NCBI GenBank assembly: GCA_021443605.1
Contig: JABUTQ010000051.1
Coordinates: 1-56,086, forward strand
DNA length: 56,086 nucleotides
From: Bacteroidales bacterium
GTDB lineage: Bacteria > Bacteroidota > Bacteroidia > Bacteroidales > UBA932
Reading direction: 5' to 3'
The notes under the pieces are model-generated. The model saw only the letters and a list, made by a program, of their open reading frames with translations. It did no database searches and was not told the origin of the DNA. Positions 44,136-52,963 of this stretch are shown here, piece by piece; the stretch's first letter is position 1; each line of letters starts with the position of its first letter. A program made the translations under genes and the position numbers.

Positions 44136-46128
44136 TATCAACCTTTTTAATTTTTAAACAACTGAAAATCATGTAGATAATAATAGCAATATATGCTACT
44201 ACGGCCAAAACCTGACCGGCGGTAGAGCTCTGCCAGGTGGTGTTGAGCAGATTGATTCCGGCAAAACGGAGGATTGCACTTACAACTCCCATAAGGGCGC
44301 CGCCGGCAATGAATCCGCTGGCGATAAGGGTGCCTTTGTCCTTGCGTGCCTTGTTGAGAGCCTCATCCTTGCTGCGGGAAGAGACGTACCACGCAACCGC
44401 GCCACCAACGATTAGAGGAAGGTTGAGCTCCATAGGGATAAACATTCCAAGGGAGAATGCAAGTGCCGGAACCTTGAAGATTGTGAGGATGATTGCGATT
44501 ACAGCCCCTATTCCATAAAGGAGCCACGGAGCGCCGCCACCGCTCATAAGTGGCTCTATCACAGCAGCCATTGCGTTTGCCTGAGGAGCCACGAGGGCGT
44601 TTTCTCCGGTAAAGCCGTATGTCTTGTTGAGGATTATGATTACACCTCCGACAGTAGCGGCGGCAACGAGGGTGCCAAGGAACTTCCACCCTTCCTGAAC
44701 CTTGGGGGTGGTGCCGAGCCAGTAACCGATCTTCAGGTCGGTGATGAAAGAGCCAGCCATTGAGAGGGCCGAGCAGACAACGCCACCGATAATCAGAGCA
44801 GCGGTCATTCCGGCAGTCCCTTTAAGACCGGCTGCAACCATTATTACTGAAGTGAGTATCAGTGTCATAAGCGTCATTCCGCTGACAGGGTTGCTACCCA
44901 CGATTGCGATTGCATTGGCTGCCACCGTAGTGAACAGGAACGCGATGATGCCCACAACGAGCAATGCGATTATCGCATGAAGCAGATTGTGAACCACACC
45001 GAAATAGAAGAATACGAACGTAACGAGGAGAGTGAGAAGCACGCCGATAACCACAATCTTCATAGAGAGGTCTCGTTGTGTGCGCTCAACTTCCTTATCT
45101 TCAGAGCCTTTCTTTCCTTTCATCTCTCTGACGGCAAGACCGAGGGCGCTCTTAATCACTCCGGCACTCTTGATGATGCCGATGATGCCGGCGGTGGCGA
45201 TTCCCCCGATACCGATATGCCTTGCGTATGTGGTGAAAATCTCTTCCGGAGACATTGCCCCCACCGTTGTAGTGATGCCGGTGTTCATCAAATCGATGAC
45301 GTCAGCCCCCCAGATGAGATTCATAAGAGGAAGGATGACTAACCAAACCAGGAACGAACCGCAGCAGATAATAAACGAATATTTCAGACCGATGATATAG
45401 CCGAGGCCTGCAACCGCTGCACCGACATTCAGTTTCACGACGAGTTTAGCCTTGTCTGCCACGGTGCTGAACCAAGGGATTACTCGGGTTGTCACGGTCT
45501 CGCTCCACCAGCCGAAAGTGCTGACTATGAAGTCATAAAGACCTCCTATGAGCCCGCTTACGAGGAGCAGTTTGGCATCTTTGCCTCCGGTCTCGCCACT
45601 GACAAGCACCTGTGTGGTGGCAGTGGCCTCCGGGAACGGCATTTTGCCATGCATATCCTTCACGAAATATTTTCTGAAGGGGATAAGAAACAAAATTCCG
45701 AGAACGCCGCCGAGAAGCGAGCTGAGGAATACTTTTCCGAAATCAACTGTAAGGTCGGGGAATTTTGCCTGAAGGATATAAAGTGCCGGTAACGTGAAGA
45801 TTGCACCGGCCACTATGGCGCCACTGCAGGCACCGATAGACTGGATTATCACGTTCTGGCCAAGAGCGCCCTTCTTTTTGCAGGCGGTGCTCAAACCCAC
45901 GGCAATGATAGCGATAGGGATTGCAGCCTCAAACACTTGCCCCACCTTAAGACCAAGGTAAGCAGCTGCTGCTGAGAAAATTACAGTCATAAGCAAACCT
46001 ATCAGCACCGACCAGGCCGTAGATTCGCGAAAATTTTTCTTTGGGGACATCACCGGCTCATAAACCTCACCCTCTTTCAATTCGCGGTAGGCATTCTCCG
46101 GCAATCCCTTTGCTTTGTTGTCTTCCAT
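44128..46128 (-). CDS. OPT-family oligopeptide transporter
   Basis: 666 aa and polytopic, with the Gly-rich TM pattern typical of bacterial OPT proteins. Overlaps the pepT start by 8 nt. Confidence 0.8.
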   Translation of the reverse strand: MEDNKAKGLPENAYRELKEGEVYEPVMSPKKNFRESTAWSVLIGLLMTVIFSAAAAYLGLKVGQVFEAAIPIAIIAVGLSTACKKKGALGQNVIIQSIGACSGAIVAGAIFTLPALYILQAKFPDLTVDFGKVFLSSLLGGVLGILFLIPFRKYFVKDMHGKMPFPEATATTQVLVSGETGGKDAKLLLVSGLIGGLYDFIVSTFGWWSETVTTRVIPWFSTVADKAKLVVKLNVGAAVAGLGYIIGLKYSFIICCGSFLVWLVILPLMNLIWGADVIDLMNTGITTTVGAMSPEEIFTTYARHIGIGGIATAGIIGIIKSAGVIKSALGLAVREMKGKKGSEDKEVERTQRDLSMKIVVIGVLLTLLVTFVFFYFGVVHNLLHAIIALLVVGIIAFLFTTVAANAIAIVGSNPVSGMTLMTLILTSVIMVAAGLKGTAGMTAALIIGGVVCSALSMAGSFITDLKIGYWLGTTPKVQEGWKFLGTLVAAATVGGVIIILNKTYGFTGENALVAPQANAMAAVIEPLMSGGGAPWLLYGIGAVIAIILTIFKVPALAFSLGMFIPMELNLPLIVGGAVAWYVSSRSKDEALNKARKDKGTLIASGFIAGGALMGVVSAILRFAGINLLNTTWQSSTAGQVLAVVAYIAIIIYMIFSCLKIKKVDNE

Positions 46129-46152
46129 AGTTATAAAATTTGCAATTAATTT

Positions 46153-47586
46153 TTAAGTAAACAAATCTTCCATCGTCACCACCTTCTGAAACCTGTACGA
46201 GTATTCATTTTTCTTCAGGCCATAAGTGGTGATAATTACCGACATTATACTGCATTTTTTGCCAATCATTTCTTCAATACGCGAGATCCTATACATAATG
46301 GTACGTGAATAGTCTCCTGTTACAGTATATAACTCTCGAGAAAATTTGATTTCACATAGATTTACGATCCTGTCATCTCTGTCAATTATCAAGTCCACCT
46401 GCATTCCTTGATTGGATGAATCACCCTCCATAACAAACGAAGATTCTCTTGTAACAACGCCCGAAATTCCAAGGCAATGCTTAATTTGCTCTATATGCCT
46501 AAAAACTACATCCTCAAATGCCAACCCCAACCAAGAGTTCATCTTTGCAGAGTTGCAGTTATTCTCCCAATAATGTTGATTACCCTCGTTCCCAATCACA
46601 TGATGGAGATAGAAGTTGCAAAACGGATCCGACAAACGATATTTGACCAGAGACTTCTTCTGGCCAAACGGAGTGAAAGCATTTATTATACGGCTCTTCT
46701 CAAGTGCCGACAGGTTTTCGGAAAATCCCCCTCCGGATTCTGATTTAATCGCTTTCAATATTTCATCACGTGTCATTCCCGACCGTTTCTTCCCCAAGGC
46801 AACAACTATTTCACGCAATTGTCCTGCATTGGCAAACTGCGAATTAAACAGTTTCTCAAACTCGCCTTCTAGAATGGAATCCCTATCAAACAAAAGAGCA
46901 TCAATGTTTTGAGCTACGCTAAGGTCTTCCTGAAACTGTGACAGGTAATATGGTATCCCCCCGAAAGCCATATATGAGACAACTATATCGTATTCATCAT
47001 AATGGAAACCCTCTGCGTGGAAAAAGTCCCTGCACTCCTTCAAAGTGAAAGGCTTGACATATATTTTTGATGTAATCCTACCGTAAAGGCCATTCTTGTC
47101 ATCCAGGAGTTTATCAACAATCCACGATGTGGCTGAACCGCATACGATGAGTTTCACGTGTTTGCGGGCAAGGCACCAGTCGTTGCAAAAATGCTCAAAT
47201 GCAGGAATAAAACCGGCCCGATTTGTATCCATCCATGGAAGTTCATCGATAAAAACAACTTGATTTTCCCCATTGTACTTACTGTCAAGAAGTTCCTGAA
47301 GCAGATGGAATGCTTCTGTCCAGTTTTGGGGGCAAGATGTACCGACAGGAAGGCCGTATGTTTTTAGAGAATAGAAAAATTCCTCTATCTGAATCTTCAT
47401 AAGCCCATTTTTGGGGTTACCGACAGGAGATACTGCAGTATGCTTGAAAGAATAACTATTATTGAAAAATTCATTGACAAGGAATGTTTTCCCTACGCGA
47501 CGCCTTCCATAAACAACTATAATCTGCGCCATATTGCGTCTTAATGCTTTCCCCAGCATTTCTTGCTCTTGTTTCCTTCCTATCAT
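46153..47586 (-). CDS. ATP-binding protein of the Arch_ATPase plus DUF234 type
   Basis: GRKQEQEMLG...VVYGRRRVGKTFL Walker A and VVFIDELPW Walker B. I re-anchored the start to the ATG at 47584-47586. A -7 box TATATTTG lies at 47611-47618. Confidence 0.8.
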   Translation of the reverse strand: MIGRKQEQEMLGKALRRNMAQIIVVYGRRRVGKTFLVNEFFNNSYSFKHTAVSPVGNPKNGLMKIQIEEFFYSLKTYGLPVGTSCPQNWTEAFHLLQELLDSKYNGENQVVFIDELPWMDTNRAGFIPAFEHFCNDWCLARKHVKLIVCGSATSWIVDKLLDDKNGLYGRITSKIYVKPFTLKECRDFFHAEGFHYDEYDIVVSYMAFGGIPYYLSQFQEDLSVAQNIDALLFDRDSILEGEFEKLFNSQFANAGQLREIVVALGKKRSGMTRDEILKAIKSESGGGFSENLSALEKSRIINAFTPFGQKKSLVKYRLSDPFCNFYLHHVIGNEGNQHYWENNCNSAKMNSWLGLAFEDVVFRHIEQIKHCLGISGVVTRESSFVMEGDSSNQGMQVDLIIDRDDRIVNLCEIKFSRELYTVTGDYSRTIMYRISRIEEMIGKKCSIMSVIITTYGLKKNEYSYRFQKVVTMEDLFT

Positions 47587-47599
47587 GTTGTTCACGGTC

Positions 47600-47697
47600 T
47601 TATTCCGCCACAAATATATGAAATTTATCAGATATGGCGCAATAAAAAATTTTATTCCGCCAAAAACACCATAAAACCAGCGCTTTTGGCGGAATAA
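47600..47697. repeat. Three copies of TTATTCCGCCA (two direct, one inverted). The outer pair forms a 14-bp perfect inverted repeat.
   Basis: Copies at 47600-47610, 47652-47662 and, inverted, 47687-47697. The repeat 47652-47665 ttattccgccaaaa is the exact complement of 47684-47697. Confidence 0.85.
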
Positions 47698-47705
47698 AAC
47701 GCAAA

Positions 47706-47732
47706 GGCGGGGAAAACATAAAAGTCCCCGCC
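47706..47732 (-). terminator. Intrinsic terminator after the POT transporter gene
   Basis: 7-bp GC stem ggcgggg/ccccgcc, followed by a T-rich tract on the minus strand. Confidence 0.65.
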
Positions 47733-47753
47733 TTATTACGAATAAGATCTATC

Positions 47754-49436
47754 TTAGCTTGTAACCTTCTCGAGCCACTTAACCATTCCGTACATCACGC
47801 ACATTGAGACAAGGCAGATTGCAAGGAATACGCCCCAGCAAATCCAGATGTCCCAGGCATTGTACATAATAGGACCTACGAAGATAAAGAGGTTTCCGAT
47901 GGCTGTAGCGCCAAGCCAAAGACCCTGGCAAAGACCGACCATATGACGGGGAGCCACCTTCGAAACGAACGAGAGTCCGAGAGGAGATATAAACAACTCA
48001 GCCACAGTCAAGAAGAAGTATGTAACGACCATAACCCAAGGAGCGGCCTTTGCAAGACCGGCGGCAGCCATCTGGGCAGCGTTCATGGCGCGGAACTCAG
48101 TTCCGGAAGGCCAGTTGTTCATAATTGAAAGGATAAGCAGGAAGAGGTACGTAAGACCGGCGATACCCATACCGATGGCAATCTTGCGAGGTGTGGAAAC
48201 CGGTTTGCCTTTGCGGGCAAGAGCGGCGAAGATACCCATCACGATAGGGGTAAGGATAATTACGTACAGAGGGTTCATAGCCTGCCAGATTTCAGGTGCA
48301 ATCTTCTCAGAATCAACGAAGTCACGGGCAAATACCGAGAGTGACTGGCTGTTCTGGTGGAATGAGAGCCAGAAGAATACGGCGATGCCGAGCACTGCGA
48401 AGAGGGCTGCCATACGCTGTTTGATTTCCTTTGCCATCTTTGCCTTCTCTTCTGCGGTATAGCCTGCCGACTGGGCGGCAACCTTCTTGGCGGGCTGAGG
48501 GAATCCCTTCCTGTTCTTGAAGAAGATGCAGAGTGATATAATCATCGCAATCATAGAAGCGATGAAAGCGAAATGGATACCTTTGTTGTATATCTCGATA
48601 TAATCTGAGCTGAACTGTGTGAAGTTTGTAACCAAGGCGGGATCTACAACGGAATTTGCCATAGTCTCGGTAAACTTGTCAGTAAGCTGACCATCGGCAA
48701 GATATTGGTGGCAGAGGGCCGGCATATCGGCATTATAGACGAAGTTGTTCTTGGCAAGGAGCCATTTGCGGAGCACCGGAGCCACAAACGGGGCAATCAC
48801 ACCACCGATATTGATGAATACGTAGAAAATCTGGAAACCACTGTCACGCTTGTCTTTTGCACGGGCAAGAGCCTCGGGGCCTTTCTTGGCCTCTTCTGCC
48901 TCGAAATTGTCGTACATTTTGCCGACAAGAGCCTGGAGATTACCCTTGAACAAGCCATTACCGAAGGCAATGCAAAGGAGGGCTAAACAAGTGAAAATCA
49001 GGATTCCCCACCAAGCGCCGTTTCCATTGACGATAAGACCGTCAACCTTGCTGAAGAGAGGAATTGCAAGAGCCACATAACCGATTGCCATAATAATCAA
49101 ACCCCACTGTATCGTGCGGTTGTAATTTTGGGTCTTGTCGGCTATGATACCGCCCACCAGACTCAGAATGTAGATTCCGAAGTAGAAGACGGAGTAGATA
49201 AGACCCGCCGTACCGTCAGGCAATCCAAATTTCGAAACGAGGAAGAGCAGCAGAATCGCGTTCATGATATAATAACCGAAACGCTCGCCCATATTGCTGA
49301 GGGCCGCTGCAATCAATCCCTTGGGGTGCTCCCTTTGGGCTATTCTCAGATAATAGACCAGGAAAGGGATAACAACGATTAGAATTGCGCAAAATATCAC
49401 TCCTGTAGAATGATTTTGCCAAAGATTTTGAAGCAT
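47754..49436 (-). CDS. POT/PTR2-family proton-dependent di/tripeptide transporter
   Basis: PTR2 signature GERFGYYIMNAILLLFL. MFS topology, 560 aa. Confidence 0.9.
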   Translation of the reverse strand: MLQNLWQNHSTGVIFCAILIVVIPFLVYYLRIAQREHPKGLIAAALSNMGERFGYYIMNAILLLFLVSKFGLPDGTAGLIYSVFYFGIYILSLVGGIIADKTQNYNRTIQWGLIIMAIGYVALAIPLFSKVDGLIVNGNGAWWGILIFTCLALLCIAFGNGLFKGNLQALVGKMYDNFEAEEAKKGPEALARAKDKRDSGFQIFYVFINIGGVIAPFVAPVLRKWLLAKNNFVYNADMPALCHQYLADGQLTDKFTETMANSVVDPALVTNFTQFSSDYIEIYNKGIHFAFIASMIAMIISLCIFFKNRKGFPQPAKKVAAQSAGYTAEEKAKMAKEIKQRMAALFAVLGIAVFFWLSFHQNSQSLSVFARDFVDSEKIAPEIWQAMNPLYVIILTPIVMGIFAALARKGKPVSTPRKIAIGMGIAGLTYLFLLILSIMNNWPSGTEFRAMNAAQMAAAGLAKAAPWVMVVTYFFLTVAELFISPLGLSFVSKVAPRHMVGLCQGLWLGATAIGNLFIFVGPIMYNAWDIWICWGVFLAICLVSMCVMYGMVKWLEKVTS

Positions 49437-49460
49437 ATAGATATAAATTTAGATTAATGA

Positions 49461-50924
49461 TTATTTCTTGGGAGCATTTTTGAGTACCTCAACGATGAAG
49501 TTCCAGAACTTGCCTACTGAAGATACGAGAACCCTTTCGTCAGGAGAGTGGGGAGAAAGCAGTGTGGGGCCGCAAGAAACCATATCCCAATTTTTGTAAG
49601 TGGCACCAAGGATACCGCATTCAAGACCGGCGTGTATAGCCATAACGGCAGGCTCCTTGCCATAGAGATTCTTATATACTTTCTTCATTTCCATAAGGAT
49701 AGGAGATTTCATATTAGGCTGCCAACCTGAATAGCCGCCACTTGTGGTAACCTTTGCGCCGGCAAGCTCGAAAACTGCGCGAACAGCTTCTGCCATCTCC
49801 TCCTTTGAAGAATCGCTTGAGCTTCTGAGGAGGCATTTTACAGAAATCACACCTGCTTCCGAGCTTACGATTGCGAGGTTTGAAGAGGTCTCCACAAGGC
49901 CCGGCATTTCGAGGCTCATCTTATATACGGCATTGGGGCAGGCAAGAACGGCCTTGGCCATCTTGAGCCCTACGTTCGAAGCCATCACGGTCTTTGCCTT
50001 TGAAGGGGTTGCGAAAATCTCCACAGCGGGATCTATGGCACCGATTTCAGACTTAACTGCCTTCAGCATTTCAGCGACAAATTCCTGAACTTTCTCTACA
50101 TTTGCCTCAGGCACAGCCACTTTGGCGAATGCCTCGCGAGGGATTGCATTCCTCAGACTGCCGCCGTTGATTGAAACGAGCTTGCACTTGAAATCCCTAA
50201 GCAAATAGATGAGAATGCGGGCCATGGTCTTGTTGGCATTGCCGCGCCCTTCGTTGATTTCCATACCGGAGTGACCACCGCGCATCCCTTTGACTGCTAT
50301 TTCAAACACCTTGTAACCTGCAGGAAGCACTTCCTCTTTGTATTTAAAATCTGCGGTAAGGTCGAGGCCGCCGGCACATCCCACATAAAGCTCGCCTTCG
50401 GTTTCAGAATCGAGGTTGATGAGGATATCCCCTTTGAGCACATTCGGAGCAAGTCCGCGGGCACCTGTCATACCGGTCTCTTCATCGATGGTGAACAGAG
50501 CCTCGATAGGACCGTGAACGAGGTCTGTGGCCTCGAGGACAGCCATCGCAGTGGCAACACCCATACCATTGTCGGCACCGAGAGTCGTACCGCAGGCATA
50601 TACCCAATCTTCGCCGTTTACGTCAACGATGCGGGTCTCGATTGGATCAATCTCAAAATTGTGAACCTTGTCGTTATTTTTCTGGGGAACCATATCCATA
50701 TGGGCCTGGAGAATGATTCCCTTGCAGTTTTCCATCCCGGGAGTTGCAGGCTTGCGGATAATGATGTTTCCAAGTTTATCCTTAATTGTTTCAAGGCCGA
50801 GGTCTTTTCCCCATTTTTCAAGAAAAGCAACTATCTTACCCTCTTTCTTTGAAGGTCTTGGGATTTGTGTGAGAGTATAGAAATTTTTCCACACTCTCTC
50901 CGGATTAAGTTTAGCGATTGTCAT
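49461..50924 (-). CDS. pepD: Aminoacyl-histidine (Xaa-His) dipeptidase
   Basis: Co-linear with E. coli PepD (NIIIRKPATPGMEN, LQAHMDMVPQKNND, GTTLGADNGMG). Confidence 0.92.
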   Translation of the reverse strand: MTIAKLNPERVWKNFYTLTQIPRPSKKEGKIVAFLEKWGKDLGLETIKDKLGNIIIRKPATPGMENCKGIILQAHMDMVPQKNNDKVHNFEIDPIETRIVDVNGEDWVYACGTTLGADNGMGVATAMAVLEATDLVHGPIEALFTIDEETGMTGARGLAPNVLKGDILINLDSETEGELYVGCAGGLDLTADFKYKEEVLPAGYKVFEIAVKGMRGGHSGMEINEGRGNANKTMARILIYLLRDFKCKLVSINGGSLRNAIPREAFAKVAVPEANVEKVQEFVAEMLKAVKSEIGAIDPAVEIFATPSKAKTVMASNVGLKMAKAVLACPNAVYKMSLEMPGLVETSSNLAIVSSEAGVISVKCLLRSSSDSSKEEMAEAVRAVFELAGAKVTTSGGYSGWQPNMKSPILMEMKKVYKNLYGKEPAVMAIHAGLECGILGATYKNWDMVSCGPTLLSPHSPDERVLVSSVGKFWNFIVEVLKNAPKK

Positions 50925-50941
50925 ATCTTTTTGTATTAGAA

Positions 50942-51991
50942 TTATTTAATAACTGAATTCAATGGAAATGTCAATGTCTTACCGAGCTGATAAACGGGGA
51001 TTCTGGTCTGGAGCATCACTACTCCGGCATCAACGACCTTTGCAGTGGCCGTTGCGGGCACCCTGTATTGCACTTCGCCCCCCTTGCTGCTTGAAACACC
51101 CTTCGTATCAACAGCAGGCATTGCGTCAACTGCGAGCTCGAGGAGAATCGGACGGCCGGAAACAGCAGTGGCGGGAAGAAGCCCTTCCGTGTCGGAGATG
51201 CGGAAAGCGACATACATCTGCCTTGAGTTGTCCGCTTTCGGAGTGACGTCAAAGTTCATCTTTTGTGTCGAATATTCGCTTATGCCGTAAAACAGGCTGA
51301 GATACTCCTGCTCCAACCGGCTGATTTCGGCGATTGCGGCACTGAGAGCCTCTCCGCTGAAAGTGGCATCGGTGTCACCAGTGATAATCTCCACACGCTT
51401 GCGGCGGAGGTTGAATATGGCATCGGCAGTCTCCTGCGCCTTTTTCTCCAAAGACTTCTCAACTACTTGGCTTTGAGACACTGAGACCTTCTTGAACCCT
51501 TCGCCGGTATTGACTGTCTTGTAGAGGGTTGTGGTTGCCGAAGTGAGATTTCCCTCCACGTCCTTGCCTGCAAAATGGTCGTTGCCGGCAATGCTCGGGA
51601 ACCGCCACGCTTCGCTCTTTCCGGTATAGCCGTCGGAGAGCACAATCAAACCTTGCGAACACATCTGGAGAAAGTTTGCGGCCGGAATGTTTCTGCCCCC
51701 AAGATTGATTGCAATCCTGGTAGATTGGTCCGCCTCAATATACGGAACCATCGTGATAGATTTGAGAGTATAGGTGACGGCATCTTCCATCCGGGCGTCC
51801 GCACCCATGTACTTGGCCGCATATTTTGCATACGGGCCGGCGATAAACGACTCTTTTTCAGCCTCTACGGTCAATGATACAGTTGTTGAGGGGAGTGAAT
51901 ATATCACAACACCGTCTTGTGCCGTTGCAATCCCCATTGTGAGGAATGTGGCAAATGTCAGAACTATTGATTTTAATCTTTTCATATCCAT
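50942..51991 (-). CDS. DUF4831-like secreted protein
   Basis: Signal peptide MKRLKSIVLTFATFLTMGIATAQ followed by YSLPSTTVSLTVEAEKESFIAGPYAKYAAKYMG. The start is ambiguous between the ATGs at 51991 and 51985. The track start is GTG. Confidence 0.6.
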   Translation of the reverse strand: MDMKRLKSIVLTFATFLTMGIATAQDGVVIYSLPSTTVSLTVEAEKESFIAGPYAKYAAKYMGADARMEDAVTYTLKSITMVPYIEADQSTRIAINLGGRNIPAANFLQMCSQGLIVLSDGYTGKSEAWRFPSIAGNDHFAGKDVEGNLTSATTTLYKTVNTGEGFKKVSVSQSQVVEKSLEKKAQETADAIFNLRRKRVEIITGDTDATFSGEALSAAIAEISRLEQEYLSLFYGISEYSTQKMNFDVTPKADNSRQMYVAFRISDTEGLLPATAVSGRPILLELAVDAMPAVDTKGVSSSKGGEVQYRVPATATAKVVDAGVVMLQTRIPVYQLGKTLTFPLNSVIK

Positions 51992-51998
51992 CTGATTT

Positions 51999-52907
51999 TT
52001 ATGCCGTGGCGACACCGATATTTTTCCACCTTCGGTGACTCCAGAGCCAATTTGATTTATTGTTTATTATGTCTTGTTCAAGTCTTGAAGTATATTGCTC
52101 CATTATCCATCCGGGGGTAGTCTCTGCGGCATTTTCCGTGATAAGACTCAGCCTGATTACATAGCGCCCGCGGGCGATGCGGTCCATACAACTGTAAATT
52201 ACGGGAGCTGAGAGCTTTCGGGCAATGACCTCACCGCCATTGACCCATCCGGTGGGTTGATTGAGGAACGTATTTTCGTAAGCCGCCTTCCCGACAGGGC
52301 ACTGATCGGAATTGAAGAAATAGACCCACGGATTATCTTTGTTTGAAATCACGAAACGGAGCATCTTGTTTGACGGAATCAGGCAGTGCTCCCCCTTCTG
52401 ATGGAGAACCCTCACCCGTCTGAAAAGAATCTCGGACGTCTTGCTGTGCAGCGGAGTATATGCCACCGTCGCCCGCCCCTCGTCAAAAGGCATCTCGCGG
52501 TCGCAGTAGTGGGTAAGGCCTCCATATATCTCCCAATTCCCCATATGGCTCTGGAAAACGATTACAGTGCCGTGTTTGGAGTACATATCGGCAATGATAT
52601 CGGCATTTTCCACCGTCACAACCTCCTTGCGACGAAGATGCTCATAAGAGCGCGTCATGCTCCATACCGCCTCGCAGAGGATATCGGTCATAGAGCGGTA
52701 ATATGCCTTGGCAATGGTATCGATATCCTTATATGAAATATCCGGGAATGAACGGGACAGATTTGTATAAACGATTGAGTTTCTGTATTTTGCAACACAT
52801 CTTAGAAACCAGGCGAGACAATTGGATATGATATGGTGAACACGCAGCGGCAATAGCGACAGCGCAAACAGCGGCAATATCAATATCCAGCACAGCAGGC
52901 TTCTCAT
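51999..52907 (-). CDS. Lipid A biosynthesis (LpxL/HtrB-like) acyltransferase
   Basis: N-terminal TM helix and the HX4E motif SHMGNWE. I re-anchored the start to the ATG at 52905-52907. Confidence 0.75.
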   Translation of the reverse strand: MRSLLCWILILPLFALSLLPLRVHHIISNCLAWFLRCVAKYRNSIVYTNLSRSFPDISYKDIDTIAKAYYRSMTDILCEAVWSMTRSYEHLRRKEVVTVENADIIADMYSKHGTVIVFQSHMGNWEIYGGLTHYCDREMPFDEGRATVAYTPLHSKTSEILFRRVRVLHQKGEHCLIPSNKMLRFVISNKDNPWVYFFNSDQCPVGKAAYENTFLNQPTGWVNGGEVIARKLSAPVIYSCMDRIARGRYVIRLSLITENAAETTPGWIMEQYTSRLEQDIINNKSNWLWSHRRWKNIGVATA

Positions 52908-52963
52908 AAATTGCAATCTTATTCAAACAATAAAGATAGCAATTATTATTCAAATTCTCAAAA

